Part shown: positions 1-13,087 of the stretch, piece after piece
How the letters are laid out: the number at the start of each line of letters is the position of its first letter
How positions within the stretch are numbered: position 1 is the stretch's first letter
DNA from: Octopus vulgaris
Lineage: Eukaryota
Reading direction: 5' to 3'
NCBI GenBank assembly: GCA_951406725.2
Contig: OX597835.1
Location: forward strand, 34,410,001 to 34,474,000
DNA length: 64,000 bases
The notes under the pieces: generated by a model
What the model was told of the DNA's origin: nothing
The model's database searches: none
What the model saw: only the letters and a program-made list of their open reading frames with translations
Translations under genes and position numbers: made by a program

Positions 1-900
1 GTGTGTGTGTGTACGTATGCATGCATACATACAAACACACACGCAGACATAGACATATCCATGAGTGTATATAGCTGTATTCGTCTATGTTGTTCATACA
101 CACGCCACCACCCACACTGAGTTATTTCCTTTTTTTTTTTTTTTTCTTTTGTTTAACTAATACAAATTAGTCAGAGTCTAAGTCCATTGACCACTAGAGA
201 TAACGTCGGAGAGCTGTCGTGCTGATGACGGCTATTGAGACAGAAACACGAGCAAACGCTTAATCCTTGAGATTATCTCCCTTTCTCATATTGATTTGAT
301 CCTAATCACCAATTTGTAATTCTATTACATTCTCTAGAGGAGGAAATAATACTGATTTCAAATTTTGGCACGAGGCCAGCAATTTTGGGAGAGGGCTTAA
401 GTCCATTATATCTACCCCACTACTTAACTGGCACATATTTTTATCGACCCCGAAAGGATGAAAAGCAAAGTTGAAATCGGCAGAATTTGAACCCAGAACG
501 TAAAGACGGGTGAAAAACCGCCAAGCATTTTGTCCGGAATGCTAACAATTCTGTCAGCTCGCCATCTTTAAAGAGACGGAAACTATATAAATAAATAAAA
601 AAAACATTACGTTGTTTGGTATTTAATATACCTGTATTTCTTTCTTTTTATGTTAAAGAAAATTTAAGCCTCACAAAATATCAATGACTGAACAATTTTT
701 AATATCGCCATTTTTATGTGTGTGACAGAGGAAAGAGATGATAGAGTTTCAAACAGGATTGTTGGCACCAGTCACCGGGTAATTGTATATATTTACGTGT
801 GTGTATGTAAACTTTCCCTTCTTTCAAGAGTTATACTAATAACACCTTTGTTAAAACTTATATATATATCCAAATATTATGTGCATACGCGCACACATAG

Positions 901-985
<85 letters not shown>

Positions 986-1171
986 AATAAAATATATGCA
1001 TATATATAAACATATATGTACGTACCTACCTCTACATGTACATATACACGCATATATGTGTACAGGACACCAAAAGGACGTCGAACACATAGAGAGACGA
1101 AAAACATAGACACAAACCAAGGAACAAGACAAGCAAAAAAAGGAGATACAGGACAATAAGCACAACGAAAA

Positions 1172-1250
1172 ATCCCCTTCTTCAGTCGCTAAAGTTTCAT
1201 CTACTAAACGTTTCGAAGGATAAAAGCGAGACGTATACTTCGAATGAAAA
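1172..1250 (-). ncRNA. Non-circularly permuted hammerhead-like motif, family A (best-preserved copy)
   Basis: Minus strand reads UUUUCAUUC..ACG-UC|UCGCU-uuu-AUCCUUC-GAAA-CGU..GAUGAAA..AGCGA-CUGAAGA-AGGGGAU. It has a GUC triplet, stem I UCGCU/AGCGA, stem III ACG/CGU and stem II AUCCUUC/AGGGGAU. Confidence 0.7.
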
Positions 1251-1558
1251 ATTCCTTCCTGCGAAAAGCAAATCAATTAAAAAACTGAGATCTTGTCGCA
1301 GAGGGGTAAAAAAAAGCAAGACGGTAACGACAGTACAAACATATAAACAGTAAAAAATATATATATAAACAGTGGAAAAATAAATATATAACAGTGAGAG
1401 ACAGGACAAGGAGAACAAGATAAGAAGGGCTGTTAACGCCAGACGAAAAAAGTATTGCAAACGCTGGATTATAGTGGACGACGAGAGAGGAAGATGTCGA
1501 CCAGTGGCCTTAGAAGGCAGGTGAGAAAAGACGGGATAGCAGTTACGACGGAAGTACG

Positions 1559-1621
<63 letters not shown>

Positions 1622-2039
1622 CATTGATAGTTATATGCATATACAAACACACACATCAGGTATGAGATGTCATTTTAGTCCCAGGAATAATTGGAACGCC
1701 ATACGCTTCTCTATTCATTGAATTCCTTTAAAGGCGGACATTTTATTGAGTATAATAAACGTGTGTGTGTGTGAGTGCATACACTTGACGGTGTGTCAAC
1801 GGCATCAAAAGGGAGGCCTTTTCTTTTTAAGAAGTCGTCTTTTCCACCCTTTGAAAAGAGAAGCGTTGCAATAAATTATAAATGAATACTCACGCCACAC
1901 AAACACGCGCGCGCGCGTGCACACACATACACACACACACTCACATTCACACACACACACACACACATATGCATTCGTTAACATATATATGCACTTAGAA
2001 ATACACATGTGTATACGTTTTAATATACATGCGTAGGTA

Positions 2040-2072
<33 letters not shown>

Positions 2073-2108
2073 TTATATATAAATACATATAAATACATAT
2101 ATATATAC

Positions 2109-2163
<55 letters not shown>

Positions 2164-3094
2164 CATAATATATTATATATAAAAATATATGCATATAAAA
2201 ATGTATATATATATATATATATATATATTTATGTATATATATATTTGTATATATAGATATACATATATATACGTATTTAAATATATATATATACACATAC
2301 ACACACATATGCATACACTCATATTTAAGTATATACACAACCTTTCACATATACACACAGGTGTTAGCACACGTGTGTTTATATTTAGGTGAGCAAAACA
2401 GAAACCACTCCCAAGGCTTGTTTCAAATCCCCCCCTCTCTCTCTATCTATCTATCTCTATCTCTTCACATCTTCCTCTCTCTATCTATCTATCGATCCAG
2501 CTATATATATATATATGTCTGTGCGTCGTGTGCGTGTGATGCAGAATGCGTTTGCCAATAGGCGTAAGTGTGCGAACAGGAGAGTGCCATACATACAAAC
2601 ATACAAACATACATCGACATAAGCATAGATATATATATATATATACGTACATATATACATACATATGGCCTATTTCACGCTTGCCCACGTATGCACGCGA
2701 CCCATACACACGCACGTTGATTAAAAACTTAATAAATGTGATAGGTTTCATCGGGTAATAATAGCAAGACGTTTGGCTTCAACGTGGGACCACAACCGAA
2801 TTTGTAGAGAGCCCCTTTTCTTTTCTTTACAACCAGCTGCTTCGTTATGTTTTCGACTCGGCGCTCGAATTTCACCAATGTCTTTTGAATATATTTATTA
2901 CTCAGAGTTTAGGAGAGACATTATGCAAGGTTTTGGTGACAAGGCGCGGGCGTTGTTGTGTGATAAGACTATTTGGTTCCCAGCCACGTGATCCAGTGTT
3001 CAGTCCCAATGCGTGGCACCTCAAGTTGAGCAGAACCTTGCGAACCAATCTTGAAGAGGCACGCTGAAAGAGGTCCACCGTGTATATATTTATC

Positions 3095-3143
<49 letters not shown>

Positions 3144-4122
3144 TCATCTATCTATCATCTGTCTGTCTGTCTGTCTATCTATCTGTCTATCTATCTATCT
3201 ATCTATTTATTTATCTTTCTATTTAGCTATCTGTCTGTCTATCTATCTATCGGTCTATTTATCTATATACATATACATATACTCTCTTTTACTTGTTTCA
3301 GTCATTTGACTGCGGCCATGCTGGAGCACCGCCTTTAGTCGAGCAACTCGACCCCGGGACTTATTCTTTGTAAGCCTAGTACTTATTCTATCGATCTCTT
3401 TTGCCGAACCGCTAAGTGATGGGGACATAAACACACCAGCATCGGTTGTCAAGCAATGCTAGGGGGACAAACACAGACACACAAACATACACGCACACAC
3501 ATATATATATATATACGACGGGCTTCTTTCAGTTTCCGTCTACCAGATCCACTCACAAGGCATTGGCCGGCCCGCAGGGCTATAGCAGAAGGCACATGCC
3601 CAAGGTGACACGCAATGGAAGTGAACAAACAGACATGTATGCATGCATGTATGTATGTATTATATGTGTGTGTGTGTATATGTGTGTGTGTTTGTATGTA
3701 TGTATGTTATTGGTATTTTGTCTTGATATCATGTGATAGTTGCAAATGAGTGTGTCTTTGTCATGCAAGCGGCGTCCTTAGTTATCAATCTTCTGTAAAA
3801 AAAAACATCATGACCTCATGAAGAAATTGTAGCTGACTTGAAAACAGATGTCGTCTGGTGAAAGAAAGGGCATCCGGTTGTAGAAACCCCGCCTCTACAA
3901 AACTCCGTCCGATCTATGCGTGCATAGAAAAATGGACGTTAAAGCGAAGACGACGATGACGATGATGATGATGATGCAGAACTAAGTATAGTGGTGTCTC
4001 TACATAAGGACACAATCTGTGATTGAGGAGGGCTCACAATGGCCGTGAGTAGGGACACCGCAATACCTAGTTCCGCATCATCATCATTATCTTCGTGGCA
4101 TAAGTGCATGAGTCATTGATAT

Positions 4123-4195
<73 letters not shown>

Positions 4196-4643
4196 GTCGC
4201 CATGATAGATCGTTAGCCACTACAAACATCTTTTTCTCTCCTTGTTTTTTCTGTGTCCCTTTCTGTAGAAGAGCGTAGGCTCGAAACGTAAAAAACTTTT
4301 TCTATTCCTGAGCGTTATACTAATACATCTGTTTGTTTTGTACACCACCTGTCTTCGTCTTGTTTTTTTCGTAAACTCTCTCTCTATATATATATGTATA
4401 TCGTTGCTATTATGTTAAACTGCCGTATATCCAAATTTGGCCAAATTCTTTTTTCTTTTTCAATATTAATTTTTGCTCGCAATAGTTAGTTCTTTTGGTC
4501 AAACTATCGTATCTCCAGCTGCTTCAGATGAAAATTGTCATAGTGCAGTACAACAGTTTAGCCATGGAATGGTGAAACTATTTTTACGTTTTGGACTTAC
4601 GGCACCTTTGCATCATGACAACGATATATATATATATATATAT

Positions 4644-4690
<47 letters not shown>

Positions 4691-5123
4691 GAAAGAGTAT
4701 TTTGGAAATTCCTTGATACAGTTATAATGTTTGGAGAGAAGATTTTTCTCAACGAGTTAAGATTGAGAAAGAAACCTTTTTAGAAAGTCGAAAGACACTA
4801 ACCTTTGGGAAGAGATTTCACATCTCTTCCCAAAGGTTAGTGTCTTTATGTTATTCCTACACATGTTTCAATGATGATTATAAACCCGAATTAATTAATT
4901 TTAGCCTGGTGTACTTATAATATGTGCATCAGAGTTTACCTCAGAATCTGAAATAAATTCTTTGCACGCGATGATATATTCTGTATACCCGGCCAAGTTT
5001 ATGCAGTGTAGCTTTAAGATCATCACTGAAACACGTGTAAGAATGACACAAGAGATAAATGCAGAACCAACGCTCCGGTTTCGCGTATTTTTTTTCTCTG
5101 TGCAGAGAGAATTAAAAGATGTA

Positions 5124-6195
5124 CAGTGATCCCTCGCCACTTCGCGGTTCAACTATCGCGGATTTTTTAAATATAATAGATATTGTTTCCTAGTCTAGGA
5201 GCAACAAAACAAGCGTAAAATAGCAAAAAAGAGCATACACAGGGGTATTTGAACTTAGGACGGGCTGTGATTGGTGCAATGGGGAGAGGCAACGAATCCT
5301 GAGGTGCAATGGAGGGAGTCATGAATCCCTACAGGATGCTCTTTGAACGGAAAAAGAAGCAGCGGCAGCAGTGGAGACGCAATAGCCCAGTGGTTAGGGC
5401 AGCGGACTCACGGTTTCGATTCCCAGACCGGGCGTTGTATGTACTCATTGAGCGAAAACACCTAAAGCTCCACAAGGCTCCGTTGTGGCGACCCCTGTTG
5501 TACTCTTTCGCTCCAACTTTCTCTCACTCTTTCTTCCTGTTTCTTGTCCTCCCCGACTTCCTACGCAACCGCTGAGCCTGGATGCGCATTCATCCATCCG
5601 TCGATGCTCTCGGTGTCGTGGGTTGACCTGCTTTCTCTTCTGCGAGTCTTACGAATAGCAAAGGACCACGTTTCGGACATCTCCCACTACAGACAATCCT
5701 GAGACGCGATCTTGCGAGCTCTGGGACGAAGACCACTGCGCTCAACAAACAAACAGCGCCAGCAACTTCCTATCACAATGTTTTTGCAACCTTGCAAAAA
5801 AAGAGCCAGTTCCTGCTGCTACTACTACGGCTGCACCTTCGGAAGAAGTGAAAGAGGTATCCCAGGAAAGGGCACCGCTGTCAGCCTCATCATCATCATT
5901 TCTACTGCGCAGCAAATTCATCACCATCATCATTCAAATTTTACTTCAACATCTTTCGTGTTGAGTACAGTAACAATCTTTATTTTTTTTTTAATCTAAA
6001 GTGTTATTGCTTAACAGTTGTCCATGTTATTAATAGACTACTGTAATGGGTGGGTTGTTAAGAGTACAGGGAGGGTTTTAAAAGTCCAAATACACGTTAA
6101 ATAAATACTGTAAATATGGTGTCCCTACTTCGCGGAAATTCAGTTATCGCGACCGGTCTCGGAACCAATCTACCACGATAAATGAGGGATCACTG
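5124..6195. mobile_element. Tigger/pogo-like non-autonomous DNA transposon with a nested SINE
   Basis: TA|CAGTGATCCCTC...GAGGGATCACTG|TA: TIRs with TA target duplication. A tRNA-derived SINE is nested from ~5373. Confidence 0.82.
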
Positions 6196-6320
6196 TATTT
6201 ACAGTTGCTTAGTTTCTACATCGTTGGTCTTATAAACACTAATTTCACTTCATGAATTCTTAGATTTTCCTTCTCTGTCGGTCCGTATGCTTGTATCCGC
6301 TCTCTCTCTTTCTCTTTCTT

Positions 6321-6361
<41 letters not shown>

Positions 6362-6422
6362 ATCTTTCTATTTATACAACTTCTACATTATATTCAACAT
6401 CTTTTGCTATCTGTGTTTGCCT

Positions 6423-6465
<43 letters not shown>

Positions 6466-6760
6466 GCTAATGATTGTGTATATTAGTGTCAGTGTTTGAT
6501 TATGTGCGTGTGACATGCATCCGAGTGTGTGCGTCAGTCACTGTACCTATGTGTGTGTGTATGTGTGTTATATGTGGATATGTTTGTGTGATATGTAGTA
6601 GATATGTGGATGTATGTGCACGTGCGTATGCGCCTATGTGTGTGTGTGTGTGTGTGTGTCTGTCTCTGTGTGTATGTGTGTATACGTATATGTGATATGT
6701 GCATATATGTCTGTGCTTCTGTGTGTGTGTTAATGTGCTTCTGAGGTTATGTTGCATATG

Positions 6761-6820
<60 letters not shown>

Positions 6821-7300
6821 TCCCCTCTCTCTCTCCCTGTCACTGTGCCTTTGTGTGTGTGTGTGTGTGTTTGTCGCTGCCTCCGAGTGTGCGTATGTAT
6901 GCGTTTCTGGCTGAGTATCTCGTTACGTATTAGAAGAGAAAGAACGTTCCTATTTTTCCTTAGATCCAACCACTTTTAGGAAATAACGTTGTTACTGACC
7001 TCTTTTTTTTTATCTTTATTTCTCTTCTTCCCCCATTTTTTAAACACAACCGCAACCCGTCCTAATTTTAGCTGTCACCACCACCACCACTATGACCATC
7101 TCAACACCATCACCATTACCACCATCACTTATCATCATCACCCTCTTCCACCTCCACTATCACCATCATCATCATCATCATCATCATCGTCATCACCATC
7201 ATCACCATATAGATAAGCTATTTTTTTCCGCCGCCACCTCTGCTACTACCACCATCACCGCCTACACCTTCTCTGCGGTCGCCACCACTATCGACATCAC

Positions 7301-7335
<35 letters not shown>

Positions 7336-7689
7336 CTATCACCATCTCACCACCAATACCCGTCACATATCGCAACCCCATCCACCCCACCAACCACCTC
7401 GCAATCGCCACTGCCGTCATCGTCGTCGTCGCCTCATCATCATCATCATGATTGCTATTACAATCTGACCATTATTACCAAATCATCATCATCATCGCCA
7501 TCATCATCGTCATCATCATCATCATCATCATCATCATTGTCGTGACCCTCGTTACTACCACCCACCACCACCACCACCACCACCACAACCTCCATCTCTA
7601 GCATCAGTCGCAGCACGCTCTCTTCACCTTCCGTATTTTTCTATTTCTGTCTCTGTTTATCTTAGAATTATTTTGGGGGAAATTGTAAT

Positions 7690-8489
7690 TGGCGAAAGAG
7701 AAAATGAGGTGAAGGGGAGGGTGAATAGTGAGATAGAGAGAGGAGGAGATAGAAGTGAGAGAGAGAGAGAGAGAGAGAAAAGAGTGAGAGACGGGGCGGG
7801 GTCGAGAGAATGTTAGAGTTAGAAAGAATAAGAGTTGTGGACAGAGGTGGAAAGAATAAGGAGAAACGTAGGTCAGAATGAACGGGAGAGAGGTGGGAGA
7901 TAGGACAGAGAGAGTGGGAGGAGAGGGAGAGACTTTAAATGCGCTGAAGACGAGCGCGTGTATGTATAAGTGAATGAGGGAGAGAGGAGAGTGGGGGGTG
8001 ATAGACAGATCTGGAATTGGAGAAGGGAGGAGGAGAGAGAGAGGAAGAGAGCGAGCGTGCTGCCGACGAGTGTGGAAAGTGAGGTGGTTGTATGTGGGGT
8101 GGGAGGAGAGGTTTAAGCGTGCTGGAGAGGAATAGAGAGATAGAGAGAGATAGATAGAGAGACTGAGTGTGGAGTAACGTGTGTGAGAGGGTGACAGAGA
8201 ATAAAGAGGGATACTGAGTGTGGGTGAGAGAGAGAGAGACATGTGTTGCAGACGATCACTGAGATGAAGAGAATAAGTGAGTGGTAGTGAGAGACAGAAA
8301 GACGTAAAGATATACAAAGCGAGAGAGAGTGAGAGAGAAGCATAGAAAAGGAAAGAGAGGGAGGTGACTAAAAAAAGATAGAGAGAATGAACGCAGTGTG
8401 TGTGAGGGAGAAAGAGGAGAAACACTAAGTTAAAAAGAGGGAGACAGTATTGCAGACGACCACGGAGACAAAAGCAAATGAGTGTGAGT

Positions 8490-8533
<44 letters not shown>

Positions 8534-9270
8534 AGTGTGGAGCATGTGTGTGAGAGGGTGAGAGAGAAAAAAGAGGGAGACAGTATTGCAGACGGCCACG
8601 GAGACAAAAACAAATGAGTGTGAGTAAAGAGAGAGAGAGAGATAGAGATGAACAGACAGAGAAACCGAGAGAGATAGTTGAATGAAAGATAGAGAATGAG
8701 TACAGAGGAGTAAGGGAGGAGCCTATGTGTGAGAGATAGAGAAAGAGAGCGAGAGATATTGAGTGAGAATAGAGAGAGAGAGATATTGAGTGAGATGAGA
8801 GGAAGTGGACAGCAAATATAGCAGACGATCAAAGAGATAAAGGTATTAAGTGAGTAGGATTAGAGACAGAGACAGACATAGGAGAAATGAATATAGAGGT
8901 AGAGAGAATAAGTGGAGAGTAGTAAAGAGAGTAAAGAGAAAGTGTATGTGTGTCTGAGAAAGAGAGGCAGAGATGTTTAGTGGGGGGGGAGGGAGAGAGA
9001 CAGTTTTAAGTATTACAGACGACAGAGATAAAGAGGAGTGAGTAGGAGTAAAGAGTGACAAAAAGTGAGAGATTGAGAGAGAGAGAGAGGTGGAGTAGAA
9101 CTATACAAAGATAAGGAGCGTGTGCGCAGATGGGAAAAGAGAGAGAGAGAGAGTAAAGAAGTATATGTGTGAGAAAGAGAGATATTGTGTGGGATGTGGG
9201 GTTGGCGACGGTAAGTATTGCAGACGACCAAAGAGAATGAGTGAGATTAAAGAGACAGATAGACAGACTT
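7690..9270. repeat. ~1.6-kb purine-rich (GA) low-complexity tract with an internal degenerate unit (CAGTATTGCAGACGAC)
   Basis: Strong strand asymmetry. The motif TATTGCAGACGA recurs at ~8245, 8447, 8584, 8818, 9010 and 9216. Confidence 0.75.
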
Positions 9271-9909
9271 TCCTGTATAAATAAATACAGAGCTTTATGA
9301 CACAATATTTAAAAAAATGTTGCGACTCTTGGGGAATAAGTGAAAAGTAGGAGACTTCTGTGAAGGAAATGATGTGTTCTCAGAAGTGTGGAGGTAGGTT
9401 GACGAAAGTAGGTGACCCCAGTAATGTAAGAGAGGTACGCCACTCCCTGTAGTGTAGGTGTGTAAAAAGTCTGGAATGTGCGGAGAAACGAAACTCGGTT
9501 TCAATTGCTTGTGAGAAAGCCATCGAAATAACATCCATTTTCTCTGTTATCACTTGTAGTAGCAAAGACGATATTAGAAATTAATACACATAAAGCAAAG
9601 AATAAATTTAAGTTCCTTTCCGCCCTCTGAGATGTCACTGAAGTCCTGTTTCGCATTCCTTTATATATAACAAGATATTTTCTTATCTTTTGTTTGCCAT
9701 TGGACTGTGGCCATGCTAGGGCACCACCATAAAAGGTCAAACAGGTTGACCCCAGTATTTTACTTTTTTTCTTTTTATTTATTTCTTTTTTATTTTTGTT
9801 TGGTACTTACTTAATCTGTGAAGGCGCGTCACTGTGCCGGCGGCGCGTTATGATTTTGTGCAAGAACTTTATCTGACGTTTCTCCAGTCCTCTTAACTGG
9901 CAGAAATGA

Positions 9910-10500
9910 GTAAAGGCGGCGAGCTGGCAGAATCGTAAGCACGCCAGGCGAAATGCTTAGCGGTATTTCGTCTGCCAATTACGTTCTGAGTTCAAATTTC
10001 GCCCAGGTCGACTTTGCCTGTCATCCTTTCAGGGTCGATAGTTACACACTGGGGTCAATATAATCGACTTAATCCGTTTGTCTGTCCTTGTTTCTCCTCT
10101 CTGTGTGTAGCCCCTTGTGGGTAGTAAAGAAATAGGTATTTCGTCTACCGTTACGTTTTGAGTTCAAATTCCGCCGAGGTCGACTTTGCCTTTCATCCTT
10201 TCGGGGTTGATTAAATAAGTACCAGTTACGCACTGGGGTCGATATAATCGACTTAATCCGTTTGTCTGTCCTTGTTTGTCCCCTCAGTGTCTAGCCCCTT
10301 GTGGGTAGCAAAGAAATAGGTATTTCGTCTGTCTTTACGTTCTGAGTTCAAATTTCGCCGAGGTCGACTTTGCCTGTCATCCTTTCGGGGTCGATAAATT
10401 AAGTACCAGTTACGCACTGGGGTCGATGTAATCGAATTAATCCCTTTGTCTGTCTTTGTTTGTCCCCTCCATGTTTAGCCCCTCGTGGGCAATAAAGAAA
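9910..10500 (+). mobile_element. tRNA-derived SINE family 2, tandem multimer (~185-bp internal unit)
   Basis: AAGGCGGCGAGCTGGCAGAA...GAGTTCAAATTC (B box) plus central GCCTTTCATCCTTTCGGGGTCGATAAATTAAGTACC resembling the Meta-type SINE domain, repeated three times. Confidence 0.82.
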
Positions 10501-11539
10501 TGAGTAACTACCTGCATTTCAAAGTGTCAACCCTATCACATTCTCTATCGTGATGAATCTCCCCAAGAACTACACAAAGGGTACGCGTGTCTATGGAGTA
10601 CTCAGCCACTTGCGCATTAATCTAACGAGCAGGCTATTCTGTTGATTGGATCAGCTAAAAGACTCATCATATCTATATACAAAGTATATATAAATATGTA
10701 TATATATACATGACGGCCTTCTTTTCAATTTGTCAACTAGGTTCACTCCCGTGGAAGACACTTGTGTGTGAGGTGCCATGCAGTGGGATTGAACTCAGAA
10801 CCATGTGATTTAGAAGCAAGCTTCATACCGCCTAAATGTTTCGCTTATTAATAATCTTCGACAACACGGTACACTCAATTCCGAACCATGTCTCGCCTAT
10901 CACGAATTGATCTAAGAAACATGGATCAGCTATCAGTGTAAAATTCTGCTAGGACCGCAAAAATGCACCCCAGCGAACAATCCACAATGCACAGCTACCC
11001 AGAATACACTAATTATCTCTCATATTTGCATGACCGTGCTGTGAGTCAGCACATCTTTGATACGGTTTGACGTTCGTGTACCCATGAACTTACCACCAGC
11101 GAACAAAGAATATAGTTTTTCTATATTCTATCTTGGAACAATGAAGCTCGACACAAATAGAGCTATATGGCATGTCAAAAAACCCTTGGAGAGGAAAAAC
11201 AGATATGAGTGCGAGTGCCATGAGCAGCCTTCAATTTTTTCTATCCCAAAGTTTGTTTTTTTTAACCCCAGTAGTTACAGGCTATATTTATAGCTATGTT
11301 TGCTTCGATCTCCACTGTTCCAATTAAGAACTACCATTATGTGTGTTTGCAGATGTTATTTGGGTAAACTGGGAGACAGCATGGGATCTATTGTTTTCTG
11401 TTTGTTTTATTCGTTCATCAGTGTATCATTCAACACGGTGTTGTTGCTTTTTAGGGGGTGGAACTATGGAACCATATACCCGACATAAACGAAACTAGAT
11501 GTATTATATTAACTAGGTTCATTTCTGTTATATTTTCAG

Positions 11540-11916
11540 TGAAAACAGCAAAGAGACTGGAATCATACACGTACGACCAAACTGTACACAAGGTAACGTC
11601 ACGTGGCGTCATCCATACAATGCAGTCCGTCTAGGATTGAATCCATTGACGAAAGGACTCGAGTTCGAAACGTGCGTGAAAATAAAAGTCGATTTGCTTT
11701 CTGTCATAGTTTATAAGGAAAACTCGGGCGATATCGAAGGAATGGAGCAGTTGTTTGTCATTGAAAGCGGAAAAGAAGCACATTACTGCAATACATCGAC
11801 TTCTCCTATTACTTTATTTATTGAGCCTGTACGTCCACAGCTATACACGGGACCCCCTAAGGTCGTCATCTACTACGAAAGACTCGAATTACGAAGTGAA
11901 ATGGATCCAATGAGAG
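11540..11916 (+). CDS. METRNL: Meteorin-family (METRN/METRNL-like) protein, internal coding exon (equivalent to vertebrate exon 2)
   Basis: Acceptor tattttcag and donor G|gtgagt. Frame from 11541 is open: ENSKETGIIHVRPNCTQGNVTWRHPYNAVRLGL...ETCVKIK...HYCNTSTSPITLFIEP...DPMR. Matches the meteorin pattern C-x-x-G-x-V-x-W-x-x-P-x-x-A-x-R-L ... C ... C ... LFxE. Starts in phase 2, ends in phase 1. Confidence 0.9.
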
Positions 11917-11929
11917 GTGAGTTTATATA

Positions 11930-12132
11930 ACTCTTTTACTCTTTACTCTTTTACTTGTTTCAGTCATTTGACTGCAGCCATGCTGGAGCACCGCCTTTAG
12001 TAGAGCAAATCGACCCCAGGACTTATTCTTTATAAGCCTAGTACTTATTCTATCGGTCTCTTTTGCCGAACCGCTAAGTTACGGGAACGTAAACACACCA
12101 GCATCGGTTGTCAAGCGATGTTGGGGGGAGGA

Positions 12133-12208
<76 letters not shown>

Positions 12209-12378
12209 AATATACGACGGGCTTCTTTCAGTTTCCGTCTACCAAATTCACTCACAAGGCTTTGGTCGGTCCGAGGCTGTAGTAGAAGACACTTGCCCAA
12301 GGTGCCACACAGTGGGACTGAACCCGGAACCATGTGGTTGGTAAGCAAGCTACTTACCACACAGCCACTCCTGCGCCT
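11930..12378 (-). mobile_element. tRNA-derived SINE family 1 (internal (TA)n(TG)n tract)
   Basis: Head GGCGCAGGAGTGGCTGTGTGGTAAG...GGTTCAGTCCC has A/B box-like motifs and the tail ends in (AAAAGAGT)n. Other copies at ~3285-3620, 14570-14912, 31083-31248, 33320-33718, 35480-35628, 53775-54440 (-) and 49061-51580 (+, split). Confidence 0.85.
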
Positions 12379-12960
12379 AAGTCGAATATTTTTAAAGCTT
12401 ATACAGAGTACTGAGGTTGGTAGAGTTGTTAGAGTGAAAATTGGAATTTAAATATTTAGAACATGATCTCAGTATCTTGCGATATCACTGGTAATATTCC
12501 TAGATTTTGTGTCGCTGTCTCTCAGTTACATAAAGTGAGTCTTGTGGAATTAGATGTACTACGCAATTACACGGAGCATTTATAACGGCCAAGCTGTAGC
12601 TACCGACTGTGCTATTCTCTCATCTGTTGAACTTAATAAGAGAAACCAACTAACTATTAATAGTTTAGCTGTCTAGCAACTTTTTAACACATAGGTATGT
12701 ATAACAGACACATATTAATTTATACGGTATATATATAGTTAATAAAAGATCATATATATATATATAGTTAATCCAAACATGAAAGCACAAAAAAACACAA
12801 CAACGCGAGGACGTGGAACAAATATTGTATTATTGGACGCTCAGGAAGGAAGGAGTGTTTAACGTTTCGAGCGAAGCTCTTCGTCGGAAACATAGGAGAA
12901 GGAAAGATCCAGAGAAGGGAAGACAGAGGGAAAAAAATCGCCAACGGTACACACGAGGTC

Positions 12961-13087
<127 letters not shown>

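Noticed and set aside
215-256. CTGATGA...GAAA near the window start
   Set aside because: Stem II pairs poorly and no UH plus stem I can be placed. The flanks simply pair with each other.
9348-9398. Possible meteorin exon ending TGG AG|gtaggt in phase 2
   Set aside because: No polypyrimidine acceptor, no start codon with a signal peptide, and no convincing similarity.
9910-10500. Regularly spaced repeats resembling a CRISPR array
   Set aside because: The intervening sequences are themselves repeated. This is a eukaryotic SINE multimer with no cas genes.
12300-12378. tRNA-like sequences
   Set aside because: These are SINE heads with A/B boxes but no complete cloverleaf, so they were not called as tRNA genes.
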